The position numbers and the translations under genes were made by a program. 64,000 nucleotides of DNA from Monocercomonoides exilis PA203 (lineage: Eukaryota; Protista; Preaxostyla): assembly GCA_001643675.2 (NCBI GenBank), contig LSRY02000004.1, positions 1,178,001 through 1,242,000 of the forward strand, written 5' to 3'. Below are positions 26,628-39,740 of this stretch, in pieces (position 1 is the stretch's first letter; every line of letters begins with the position of its first letter). The notes below the pieces were generated by a model. It saw nothing but the letters and a program-made list of their open reading frames with translations, had not been told where the DNA came from and did no database searches.

Positions 26628-27477
26628 CTCACTGTTTCTGTCCCAATAATGTCCCTATTTTCACTTGGTAATAGTCCCGATATTTATTTATATATGTCTA
26701 AATAGAGATTCATTTTTTGATGGGTGTTATGAGGGAATTCATTGATCTTTGGGAAAGGTTTTTGGAAGGGAGAGTTGTTGAGAGTGTGAAATGTTGTTTT
26801 ATCACTGTGTCTGTCTTTTTTCTTTGTTGGATTTGATCTTTTTGAGTCAATGAAAGAGAAATATCAGAAAGTGGAGAGTGGATGGAAAACAGAGGGAAAA
26901 TAGATAAGTTAGTTTTTGAACTTTTTATATAAGTATTCTTTTTTGTTAGGAATTGTCTTTGATCCCATGAATTTGTTGATATAGTCATGCTTTTTTTTGA
27001 ATCTTTTTTTGTTCAGAATTTTTGGTTATTTGATAATGATGAGTGAGAATTTCGAGAGAATGAAATTGAAAATGAATAAGTTTGTGTTAGCTTGTTTGAA
27101 CAAGATGTTAATATAGTTTATTTTGTTTATCGTTTGATGTTGCTAAAAGTTTTTTGAAATTGTTTTTATTTGTTTTGTTTTGTTTTTCAAGTGTTTCAGT
27201 TTTTATGTTTGTTTGTTGTTGTTTCAAAGAACCAACTCATTTATTTCGAAAAATTTTTAACATTGTGCACAGCGAACTGGTTTTATTATTAGAAATGTTT
27301 TTGTTAACAATAATGAACAACAATAATGTGAAAAAATCAAATCAACTGATTTCATCAAGGATTTGAAAAAACAATGAAAAAATATATATCGCAATAAAGA
27401 GTGAATAGACAGCTAAGAATTATTATCCTTAAAAAATAAACGAAACGAAAAATTATCATTTCATCAACGAACAGATT

Positions 27478-27508
<31 letters not shown>

Positions 27509-27545
27509 TATAACACTAATATTTCTTTAAAAAAAAAAAAGGAAA

Positions 27546-28790
27546 TTTCATGCATGTCCAAATAATTATGGATCTGATCATAAGGAAAAAATATTTTTAA
27601 GGTATCCCACGAGGGTCACACCTTGGGTGGCATTTTTTTCGCATGAATCGATTTGTTAGAATGACGGTGTGTGAAATATGTCAAAAAAAGGGGTACCAAG
27701 GTGTGACCTCTTTTTCGAAAAATGTATCTCAAATTTTCAGATCAAAAATCTATGAAAATTTTTCGCTTTTTTGTTCTTTCAAGAACGAGAAAATGCTTAT
27801 ATTCTATTAGTGTTCATACGCCTCATAATTATTAAAACAACAATATTCATTAAAAATGATTAAAAAAAATGTGTGTTTAGAACTTTTTTCAATGAGAAAA
27901 AATTCCATAACTTTATTTCAAAATGTTCTTTCAACAATTTTTCTCACATTGACGTTGCATCGAGGTTTGTTATTTGTTACCATATGAGGAAAACACATGT
28001 TTTTTAAACAAATCTTTTTCATAGACAATCAATAGATGTTCTTTCTTTTGTTTTTAATGAAAATATTTATATGATTGATATGCCAAAGAATAATTGCTAA
28101 TAAAAGGCAGAGAAGGAAGTTTGGTATTTATTTATTATTTCTATATATGATTATTTTTTATTGACCGTTTTTATTCTTTCTTTCAGGGCAGGAGGCGGAA
28201 ATGAATGAAAATGAATGAAGGCGGGATATCTCGTTGTGCAGGGCGACTATCGAGTTGGGAGAGCGAATTCATATAGAAAGTGCCCAGGGTGAAGGGATTG
28301 GGAAGGAATTTGGAATGATATTTTCAGACGAGAAACAAGGATATTTTTCAATGAGAAAGATGAAATTGAAGAAAATACATAAATCTCACATTTTTCAAAA
28401 GAGCAAGATATCGATGCATTTGATGGAGAAACAACTGATGGAAAGGACGATTAGAAAATCAGAGAAGAAATATTTGAAAATGGAAGGAATAAAGAATTTT
28501 TATTGGAGGGAAACAGTTGGCAATGGAATATAAAACAGAAAATTGCATATAAAAATGTTTTGAAGGTTTGTTGAATATTTTTTGAAGTGATTATTATTTT
28601 TTCATTCAGGACGTTGAAAAAGCGAAGGATTATATGGCTTTGAAGAAGAAGAAGAAAAGCAAGGAAGAAAAATACAGATAGATGAAATGCGAGATATTTC
28701 GAAGATTCCTGACATGGGCTTTGGCGAAGAATAGTTTTTGAGGAAAGATGATCTTTTGTGAAAGAAGGGGAAGTGAAAGAAGAAGAGATG
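27546..28790. repeat. Right arm of the 1245-bp inverted repeat
   Basis: Reverse complement of 20646-21890. Confidence 0.95.
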
Positions 28791-29049
28791 AAATCAAAAA
28801 GAGGAAAAACGGAATTGTCACATGTTTATTATTTGCATCAGCGAGAGAAAGAAGATAAAGAAGAATTAATGATGAATTTGGTGAACAGTGTTACAAGAAG
28901 AACAAAAAAATGGAAGAAGAAAAAAAGAATTATCATTTCATTGAATTTCTCCATTAATTATAATTTGCATTAATCTTCAAAATTTTCGATCTTCAAAAAC
29001 CTTATAATTACACTTCTCCTTTTTCAACAGACGAAACAAAACCACATCA

Positions 29050-32000
29050 TATGCCTTCTCCTTCTTTCTTATCATCTTCCTCTTCCTCCTCTTCAAAAGC
29101 AAACACTGTCACAAGAACAAACACACCATCGGAGGCACTGAGTGTGATGAAGTCGAAACCGGAGATGAGCTTCGATTCGACTTCTCGTTTTTCTACTGAA
29201 TGTTTCGTGAGTGGAGCGGTTGTTTGCGTGTTTGAGGGCAATGTGGCAGTGGGAAAGCATGGCATCTTTCAGAACAAGCAGCAGTGAGGAGAAATGGCAG
29301 GAAAGCAGATGAAAAGAGCGAGAAAGGAGAAGAGAAGAGAAGAGGGAGAGGAGGAAGATAGAGGAAGACGAGAAAATTATTAAGAGGACGAAGGAGTAAT
29401 GAGTGATTCAGAGCAAAAAAAGCAAAGATACGAAGAAAGCGCAAAACAGAAGAGACAGAAAGAAACATCTGATGATCTGAGCAAGCTGCGGAAGGAAGAA
29501 TTTGACTGGGGAGAATCGAACTATTTTAGAAAGCAGGTGATCAAAGACGCAATTAAGGACAGGCTTAATGATGAATGAGAACAAAATACCGAAAAGAAGG
29601 TGAAGTGAAAGGAACACAAACAGAATTCGTCATGAGCGCTGGACATAGATACAAGAAATCATCGGAATACACCATCATTATCTTCTTCTTTTTCTCCACA
29701 AATTTATTCTCACCATCGATCTGCTTATTCGGACTCCTTCTACGAAGCGAGCGAAGATGAAAAAGACGAAGAAAACGATGAAACAAACGACTCTATAGAT
29801 GACTCAGATTATCCTTAACATGCTAGGCAGTCAGCAGAACGAGATGTTCGAATGGATTTTGGCTCAACTTGTGTCTTCCGAACGAATCAAGAAAGACATT
29901 CGTTGATGATGCAGCCAAGCGAGTTTACAATAGGCAACTTTGTGGTGTGTGCGCCGTCGATTCGATATGGGCCGTATGGAGAGGAGGAGGAAGAGGAAGA
30001 GAAGGAGAAAGGAGAAAGAGGAGGAGAAGGAGAAAGAGAAGGAGAAAGGAGAGAAAGAGAAGAAGGATGAAGAGAAGGAGAAAGATGGAGAGAAAGAAGA
30101 GGGTAACAAAGGAAAGACAGAAAAAGGACTGACTTATGTAGCTCCGAAGGGAGCACAAGCGATGAGAACGAAGAAAGAGCAGAGAGCGCCTTTTATTCAT
30201 AATGTTGACAACAAAAGATGTACGTCAGCATCATCATCACTCGCAAGTTTCGATAAATCTGACACAAATAAAAGCGAAAAATCTTCTTCTTCGTATTCTT
30301 ATTCTTCATTCAGCCAAGTAATCTATACAGCTTGTTCTCCACACACATATTTCACCACAAATGACTGGGCGCTTCTTCTCTCTTCATTCAGCAGTCATTC
30401 CAAACGATTCTATCACAGCATAAACATTTTGGGAGGAGCTGTTACTTCGATAAGGAGAACACATCACCAATTGATGGAAGATGATTCTGAAGTATCTTCA
30501 TCAAATGAAAGCGTTGAAGAAGAAGAGAACAAAGAATTTGAATCATCTCAAAATACCAAAAAAACATTCACACAAATCTCAAAATCATACTTTTTCTTCT
30601 TCTTCTTCTCATTCTCTTTCTTCTCCTCCTCATTATGCAGACCATCGTCTTCGTCTGATCAACTTGCTTGCCCGGGTGATGAGTGTGCGAACGCTGCATC
30701 TGGTTGAGTGGCAGGACGGGACACGCTCACTGCACTGGGGAAAAGAGCTTGTGAGATGCGAATTTGTGGAGAACAACTTTGAGCAGGCAGACGTGGAGCA
30801 GGAGAAGGAGAAGGCAGCGTGGCGGAATAGGACACACTTTGAAGAAGGAGATGCAGAAGAAGAAGAAGAAGAAGAGAAAGAAGAGAAAGAGGAGAAGAAG
30901 AAATAGCTTCTTTATTTAGTGATTTTCTTTCTGAAAGAAAATGCATTGGAGATACGAATGGGATGAATCAGCTTGGCAACTTGAGTGATAACAATAAACT
31001 TGATTCGGCGACTCAATCAGAAAAATTCAGCAACTTTCAGCCAGTACCGGGCAGGCGAGTGAATAATCTTCAGAAGATACCTTTCAATCAAAAGAACTTC
31101 AAAAGAAGAAAGAGCGAATTAGATGAAAACAATGCTTTCATAAATTTAATTGCTTCAACCATTGATCAGTCAAGACACCTCAAATTCCCGTTTTCTGGCC
31201 CATCCTGAAGCTCTTCTGCTCACCCGCTCGTTCGCCAACTTCCATCAAATCAATCCTGTTTTTATTCTTTTTGTTCCTTGCCTAACTCTTCCCTCTATCT
31301 CTGATATCTTCCATCCATTATCCATCAAAGACGACTCAGAAAACAAACAGTGTTCTTTCACTGTGCAATACCGCATCATATATCTGAAGAATGCGGAATC
31401 GATTATGCCTGTCAGACTGGGGCTGGAGAAGATGCTGCGTGTTATTAACACACTCCTTCATGTTGTCTTTCACAACGCATGTGACAACAACAACAAAAAC
31501 AAAAACAGAGAAAAATACAAAAGCCAATCGAATTCGATTTCAACTTCTTTTTCTTCATTCCCTTTCCCTCTCTCTAACTTTTTTTCTTCTTCCACCTCGT
31601 CCCTATCCTTTTCATCATCTCTGATGCATTATCCAATTTGTATTGTATATTTCGACTGGATTTGAAGCAATGTATTGTTTTACGTTCAGATCTTCCCATT
31701 TGCCGTTCAATCGATCAGATGAAGAACAGCTGAATTTGCAGATGAAGATGAAGGATCAAGAAATTACTCCGAGAAAAGGGAGAGAAATAGAAAGAGTAGG
31801 AGAAATGAATGAAGAAGATGAGGAAATGAAGCTTGATAAAATTGAAGAAGAAAGAAACGCCATATATGATGATTTCGATAATTAAGAGAACACAAAACGG
31901 ACAAGCAAGAAAAATCACTCCCAACAAGATCGAAACAGCAGAAGCAAAAGCAGAAGCATCTATTACATCAACAACTGCATTTTTTTAAACGGCAATACAA

Positions 32001-35000
32001 TTTCCTATAAAAATACCAGAAGTTATTATCAACCGCTTGTTTTATTGGCATCTGCTAGTGCTGTTTATTATTCGTTCGCTCCTCCGCCTACACAGTTATT
32101 GCAAGCTGAAAATAGGTGCAACTGCAGAAAATATTAAGGAAAATATTTCATTTCTTTTCGAGAACAGACAGAAAAACAGTTTAAAAGAAGATAAATCGAG
32201 GCGAATGAAAGACGGAAACAAATGACTGAAACGGAGACATTTTCGTTAGATTAATACATAAAGTGACAAAAAAGGCAACTTTGTGCAAATTTCCAACTTC
32301 GATTTTACTCAGCTTCGAGAAACTCATTTTCCCTCTTCAGCTATTCTCAACTGCAACTCCGTATTCATTCACAGGCACAGAATAAACAGCAACCTACCCA
32401 TTCTTCTTCTTCTTCTCTTTTCTCTTCTTTTCCACTTTGTTTGCTTTCTTCCCATTCTGCATGTCTTCATCCACACAGAAGAAGGGCTGGCTATCAGATG
32501 AAGAGTTCTGTTGAGCCAGAGGCAAAAGGGAAAGATGAACCTTATTTATTAACAATCATGGGAATTCTGATTCATTTTGTTGAGTGAACAGATCGAAAGG
32601 GACAGAAAGAGAAGTAAATGAAGAGGGAAAAGGATGATCTGGAAGATGAAAAAGATTGAGGTTAATTGCCATCAAAGCAGATGAAAGGAGTAAAAAAAAG
32701 GAATTAGGAAACGAAAATAACAAAGAATTTGAAAAAGTCAGAAAAGGAAACGAAGAAGAAGAGAGTGAAAGTGAAAGAGAAGGAAGAAGATGCTTAGAAC
32801 AATGCGCAAACACGAAAACCTCAGAATCTTTAGAAGGATCATTGGATGACCAAATTTATTCGTCCAAATCTGAACAATTTGAAGGAGCGGCTGCTGAAAG
32901 AACGGAGCAGCAAGAATTTGTATCTTCTTTTATATCATCTTCCTTCTAATCATCATCACGGCCAGTTGATTGTGAGGCAACTGAATGTTGCTATGTCCAA
33001 ATATCTCGCTCTTTTGCTACCTCTTCTTCGGATGTGGAGAAAGAAGCAGCAGATGAAACATGTTCAAATGCAACTTCGATCACTTTCATTACAAAACCTC
33101 CTTTGACTGCCACCAATCTTCTTCCTCTTCTTCTTCGTCGTCCTCCTCCTCTTCCTCCTCTTCTGTTTCTTCTTCTTCATAATCTTCATAATCTTCTTCT
33201 TCTTCCTCTTCTTCCTCTTCTTTTTCATGCACTTAAACATCATTACACATTGCTTTATCATTGTCAGCACATATTTCATTTGATTGGATTTCTTCTTTTT
33301 TTTTTCTCATCTTTATATGGGATGATTACAGAAAGAAAGAAGAAGGGTATTTCTGAAGAAAAAAAAACCAGTTGAAAATGAGAAAAAGATTGAAAAGTCA
33401 ATGAAGAAAATAAAGATAAAGAGATAGAAGAATTCGTTTAGACAGGATATGATAAATGGAAATTGGAAAGTGAAAATTGCTGAGATTTTGAAAAATGAGG
33501 AAGTTAAATGGAAATGGGGAGAAGTTGGAGGAGAAGAAGATGATGAACCAGAACAGGAAACAATGTGGCAGGAAGGAATACGTTGTATATCTGAATCATT
33601 CTGTCTGTTGCTTCTTTTTCATGAGCGTTATGGAGCGCAGATTCGAAGAATGTGGAAGTGCGCTGAGATATGATACCGTTGAGGGAACATTCGCGGCTGA
33701 GAAGCCACGAGGAGGAGCGGGAGAGCATGCCATCACCTCTCCAGGGAAATGCAATAATGAGAGAACAGCGAGAAGGAGGTGAAGTTTTAGCAAGCGGATT
33801 AATTATTTGGGAGGACGGGGCTATTAGTGAACTTACAGCAGTTGATACAAGCACGTGTTTCTGTGGAGACTATGTTCGGCTGTTCTTCTTTTGTAATGAA
33901 TCAGAAAGGCTCTTCATTCACAGACACTTTCTTATGAATCAGATACAGTGTCCAATTGATACTTGTTGTAGCTGCCGAGTGAATCCATTTATTGAGCATG
34001 TCTCGAGTACAGCTAAAGATCAATGGATAAACGCGACTGCGCTCCCAAAGGATGTAGAAGTTCCGTTTTGGAGAATGGTGCAGTTTGAGATACACTGGAG
34101 CCGTGCTGCTGTTTCATTCGTATATGTTGCTGATAAGGTTTCCAATCAAGATGGTAGTTAAGACGGAGTGCATCAAGCTGAAGGGAATTTCTGATATTTT
34201 AATTCCAAAAAAAAAAAAAAATAAGAACAATTATACTGCTTTCAATTGCGATATACGTTGAGATAAGTTGCTGTACTGAACTATTGGATTCATCATCAAA
34301 AGCGAATTCGATTGAAGCAGCGTTTTGTGTGGAAATGTTGATGTTGGAGAGAAAGACGCAGGAATTGGGAAGAGCACGAAGATCTGATTGAAAGAGGCTC
34401 AGATATCCTCTTCAAGCACAAAGAAGTATGTGGTTGAGGTGAAGATGCTTGTCGGAAGGAGAAAGGAGAGAGGAGGACGCAGCAAGAGATTCGTTGAAAA
34501 GGCAGAAAAATGAAGACTGGAAATACACGAAGAATGAATGGAAGGAGATATGGCAGTATGAAAGGGTGCAAAAGTTGCGAAATGCAACAACAATGAGATG
34601 GTGGTGACGAAGTGAACAGGAACAAGACTTCACAAGATAGATCCAACTCCCATGTTGGAAAGGCAATTCTGGCTGTCATTGTGAATGACTGTTGTGAAGA
34701 TGAAGGAACAGGAGGAAAGCGGGGAGCTGTAATGGTGCGCAGAGGAGCCGATGTCTTGATTGACAAATATCTGGGAGTTCCAATAGAATATGATGAAGGT
34801 GACTTTGTTGAAGTCGAGATCGGGGTTGGGGTCTGTGTGGGAGAAGTCAAACTCGCAGATTGACGTGTTTCAAGCGAAAGAATGCTGAGTGAAGCCGAAG
34901 GAAAAGAGGGACTCGTTGATTTGGGCGGGGATGGAGGAGCATCGGAGAAAGAGTTCCTTTCCCCTGAATACATGATTCAAGACGAAGTTGAAGTTGAGGA

Positions 35001-35520
35001 TGCATTCGGACAAGTGCGGCTACGACTTCTCGCAGTTGAGGAACACTATTGCAACTCTGCCCTCGGAAGACTCTTCGCTCACTTAACTGGTGAACACGTA
35101 CGCCTTAGAAGCGCAGTCAAAGGCACATCACCTTTCCATATTAACACAAGAGCTGCTCAGTTGGATGAGCGCACAATGTTGGTATTATTGGAGGAGTGAA
35201 AACCGATTATTGTTCTTTGATCTGGGGCAGACAAGCCAGCCAGAGAAGCGGAGCCATCCAGAGCAGATGGGCAGATAGCCACGAGGGAATTGCTAGGGAG
35301 CCAAGAGGTGGAGACTGAGAGGAATTCAAGTTTAGCTGAAGTGGATGCAGAAAAGGATTCGATAATGATGAAGAGGCGAGGGAGTAGCTTTCGAGAGACG
35401 TACGCTCTTCTGCCACATCAACCATTGCATTCGAAAAGCTTTTTTGTTAAGCCCGTATGGAAAAGGAGCGTCGCGACAAAAGGAGAGGAGCATCAGGTGT
35501 GGATATCTGGATGAAGGATA
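29050..35520 (+). pseudogene. Heavily decayed hypothetical gene(s)
   Basis: Many short plus-strand ORFs with protein-like composition (29051-29287, 29940-30707, 31150-31665, 33670-34161, 34612-35199), interrupted by stops. No recognisable family. Confidence 0.35.
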
Positions 35521-36165
35521 AGAGACGAGGAAGAAATGTGGAGAATCAACGGATAAACGAAGGGAGGAAAATAAAATGAAGATGTTCGTGTGACAAAAGC
35601 ATTTTTAGTGTTAAAAACAAAAATTTGCGAATTTCTATTTAATTTTTATTATTCTCTTTGTTATTTTTCTATATCTTTGTTTGATCAATTTATAAGAATA
35701 ACTAATTTTAAGAATTTTTTGTTTCTAAACAAAAACAAACCAAACCGTTGTATATCTGATAAATATAATGTGTTTCTATTTTGTTTTTCCATTTGTGTTT
35801 TTGATATTGTTAATTTTTAACAAATGTTTTAAGATCTTCAATATCAATTTGAAATTTTCTTTGTAATAACATCATAAAACTATTTTTTATAAGAAATTGA
35901 TAAAATACGTATTGTTATAATTATTATCATGTTTTAATAACGTTTGAACGAGTATTTCGTTCTGTTTGCTTCAGTTTTGATATTTTTTGAATTAGAATAA
36001 TATGTTTTTTTCTAAATTTATAATAAAAATAATGAGAAACAAATTTTTATCAACAAATAAATAATTATTATTATTTTTTAAGCAATCAATTATCATGATC
36101 ATCATTTTCAATTTTCTTTTCAACCCCACCCTTAATGAAAAAATATATTGATCAAACTTCGTAAA

Positions 36166-36192
36166 TTTTTATGATATCAAAAAAAATCACCC
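36166..36192 (-). repeat. GGG-type transposon terminus (right-facing)
   Basis: TTTTTATGATATCAAAAAAAATCACCC followed by ATAT; exact reverse complement of 13942-13968. Confidence 0.75.
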
Positions 36193-36220
36193 ATATATAT
36201 TATTCCAAAAACATTAATAA

Positions 36221-37078
36221 ATGTCACACATTGTATCATTTAATGGAGAAAAAACAGAATTTATTAAGATTTTTTGCAATAGTGGAAAAACAATGCAATG
36301 GCTTCACGACAATGTAGTTAACACTGTAAGAAGATGCCCTATTGCAAATTGTCGTTCATTGATGATTTTAATTAGAGGAAGTGAAGGATAATGGTTCTTC
36401 AGATGCAGCAAATGCAGAAAAGAAGCTTCTTACAGGACAGGAACTCCGTTTTCAAAATCGAGGCTTTCAATTTCAAATCTTATTCTGATCCTTTTCTTCT
36501 TTCACAATCATCTCAATATAAAACAAACATCATCTCTAACTTCATGCGAAAGGCATAGCGTTTCTAATTATTATTGCATTTGCCGAAGAACATATTCTCA
36601 GATGATTGGTGGAATTCAAACACACGTTGGAGGTCCTGGCCGCATTGAAGAAATTGAAGAAGCTGTTTGGAGAAGGCGAAAATACAAGAAAGGTTTTTTT
36701 TCAAATGAAACGTTATTTCAAACAAATTCAAATCCAATCACATGTGCTTGCACAAATCATATTGAAGCATTGTGGGCTGCACTTAGAAAGGACATGCCTT
36801 CACATGGAGTGAGAATAAATAGAATGCAAGAATTTATCTATTCATTTTTGTTTTTCAGAAATCGAAAAGTTGATTTTTCCATTTTTGTGTCGAATGTGAT
36901 GAAACACAGTGATGAAGAATACAAAGCATTTGGGGATGAAGCTTTTGGGTCAGAAGAAGAGGAAGAAGAGGCTGGAGCTGAAATGCTACACGAAGAAGAA
37001 TCTTCAGAATCAGATTATGAACTTGAAACAGATACGTCATCAGATGGAGCTGGGAATGGAGCTGATGCATTTGAATAA
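36221..37078 (+). pseudogene. Merlin / IS1595 (ISXO2-like) transposase relic
   Basis: One frame from ATG 36221 with an internal TAA: CPIANC...FRCSKCRKEASYRTGTPF (Zn ribbon), VGGPGRIEEIEEAVWRRRKYKKG (the usual EIDE motif is altered) and TNHIEALWAALRK. The central catalytic segment appears deleted. Confidence 0.8.
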
Positions 37079-37382
37079 AGGGCTGATAAATAAATACAAA
37101 AATTTTCACATATCATTCTTCTTAAAATAGAAAAGCAGCATGCTCTCAAAATTTTTGTTTGTTTGTTTGTTTGTTTGTTTAATAAAGATTTGTGTGGTGG
37201 CCTATGAGTACCATTTGCACATTTGAAAAGTGAATGTGTGCGCTTAAAAGATAAATCACAAAGAATCCAACGATGAAGGTTATATTTAATCATATACAAA
37301 AGAGTTTGATTTCGTTCTGATCAAACCAACAACAATTCATTTCATTGAATTGGATAAAAATTTGATGAATAGTTGAACATAT

Positions 37383-37637
37383 GGGTGATTATTTTTGATA
37401 TCATAATTTTTTTCGGAGTGTTGTTTTTTCAAATGTTTAATTTCTTTTGAGATGAATTATTTATAAAAAAGTTTAATACAATACAATTGTTAAAAATGTC
37501 AATGCTTCTGATAATATTCATGAAAAAATTATTTTTGAATGGAATTATTTCTTTTTTGAACTCATTAATCAGCACTTGAAGTGAATTCTTAACCGAAAAT
37601 TTTGATGGAAGAAATATGATTTCAAAAATAATCACCC
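37383..37637. mobile_element. 255-bp MITE with GGG termini and 4-bp TSD (Sola-like)
   Basis: TIR GGGTGATTATTTTTGA(T/A)ATCATA at both ends, flanked on both sides by ATAT. Confidence 0.8.
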
Positions 37638-39049
37638 ATATTGAAAAATATCCCATGTGTTCAAAATTGAAAATTTAAAAATATCTATTTCTGCATTCCG
37701 AGTGGAATATAAAAGGGGAAATTTGGTGCTTTTTTGAACTTTGAAAAAAGTGATTAATTGGTGATAATTTGTTCATTTCGATGGCACATACCTCATTACT
37801 GCATTGAACATAAGGATGTTAAATTTAGCACTCATTTTAAAAGTTATCTGGAAGCTTTCCTTGTAAAAAAATGATTTTTTCTGTTATTTCAGAGTGTTTG
37901 CTGGTTTCAGTGAATGTTTCAAATGAATTGTGTTGAGAAATAATTTGAGATATCAGGATGAATTTGTAATTAGTTGCTTTCTTGAGTGGGTTGTTCAAGC
38001 TGAATGAAGATTGGGAGGGAATCATGCTTTCAACAATACACAGTTTTTTGATGATTGGGCTCACGATAATTGAACGCATGAGAGACCTTATCAAGGCAAC
38101 AATGGACAACATTGTTTATCGAGCATTGAGAGAGATTCTATTCCAAAAGGCTATGAGGCTAAGTGAAGATGGACAAAGCTCGAGATGGCAAAAGAAGATT
38201 GATGCAATATGCGATATCAAGCTCATGCGGAATTTTGAATTCATTTCAAAACATTTATCGTTAAATTGTGATGCCTTTTGATGTGTATTTATCTGTGAAG
38301 ACGTTTGTTGGATTTTGTTGAAAGTCATCATTTTTGGTTGTTTTGTTGATAATCATTAATAGGGTGATTTATAAACCCGAACATTTTTATGAACCCGGTT
38401 ATTATTTTTTGTTTGTTGAAACAGAATGAACACAACATTAAAATACAAATAACAAACTTTTAAATAGGTCTTTGTGACAAGGAAAAATAAAGCGATACAT
38501 GTCGGTCGAAAGACAAAACCAGTGTCGAATAGTTTATTTTTTTTGATGAGAATTTTGAATTCAAAATGAATATAATATTTCCAATAATTTTCTGCTTGTG
38601 TCTGAATTTTTTTCTGACTTGAAAATTCGATCAAAATACGTTTTTGAATTAACAAATATTGAAATAAACTATATGGAAAAATCTTTTATAATGAAAAGTT
38701 AATCAAGAAAGCTGAAAACAAGAATTGCATGTTTTTTTCAACAAACAAAACTTATTTTTTAACTTCGGAAGATGAAACGAAAACATGAAAACGTTTTGTT
38801 ATCAAAAAACAAAAGTAAAAAAATGAAATACAAATATATTTAATAAATCTTTGAAAATATACTGTTCAAGTTCAGACAATCGAAAAATAAAAAATTCAAA
38901 ATGTTGAAGCAATGCTGTTTGAATTTGCTTTCAACTGTCTGTTCCATTATTTGTTAATCCAACAGTGATCTTTATTTCCAACTGCCTGTGGACTAAATGG
39001 AGTTGTTTTTTATATAATTGAAAAAGCTTATTTCAAATACAAATGAAAG

Positions 39050-39579
39050 TTCATGAGCAAAAGCAAAAATTGATGGAAAAAGCATTTCTTTAACATAAGG
39101 AACAAGAAGAAAATGGAATGAGTAAGGAAGGCTGATTGTTTTTTGTTGAAATAGCAGAATTTGATAAAAGCGAAGCCTGAGAAGATGGTGAAATGAACAC
39201 AGGAAGTTGAATGGGAGGATACGAAGGAGGAATCCATGTTGAGCGATGAGGTGAAAATGCTGGTGATGGAAAGATCGATCTCATTGGCTGGTTGCCTTGT
39301 GCATTTGCTGTTTGCTGAGTGTTGTCTGTGATAGAATCAAGAATAGGAACTTCGCGTGTGGCAGAAGGAGCAGCTATTCGATAAAGCGTTGACTGAGAAG
39401 CAGAAGGAGATAGAAGCACAGCAGGAGCATCAGAAGATTCCCTCTTTAAAGATTAATCGTTTGCACTTTCTGTGCTTTCTTTTTCTTCATCTTCTTTTAA
39501 TGCAAATTCTTTTTTTCTCTCTTTCTCTCTTTCCTTTTTTCTCTCCCTCTCTCTCTCTCTCTCTCTCTTTCTCTTTCTC

Positions 39580-39622
<43 letters not shown>

Positions 39623-39683
39623 CCCTCTCCCTCTCTTTTATTCTCTTTCTCTTTCTCTTTCTCTTTCTCTCTTTCTGTCTCTT

Positions 39684-39740
<57 letters not shown>

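Larger units (their letters stand above)
21726..27710 (+). mobile_element. Sola-like (Sola2-type) DNA transposon encoding a USP-transposase fusion
   Basis: Ends GAGGTCACACCTTGG...CCAAGGTGTGACCTC (GRG termini as in Sola2), 165-bp TIR (21726-21890 and 27546-27710), internal transposase. The outer boundary is inferred and no TSD is visible because the flanks are inverted duplicates. Confidence 0.7.

Noticed and set aside
36166-37410. Inverted motifs flanking the Merlin ORF read as Merlin TIRs
   Set aside because: The motif polarity is GGG-first, as shown by the TSD-flanked MITEs. These two ends face away from the Merlin ORF and belong to neighbouring elements.
37982-38281. 99-aa ORF between MITEs as a TE or gene fragment
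   Set aside because: No recognisable motif, so no call can be supported.
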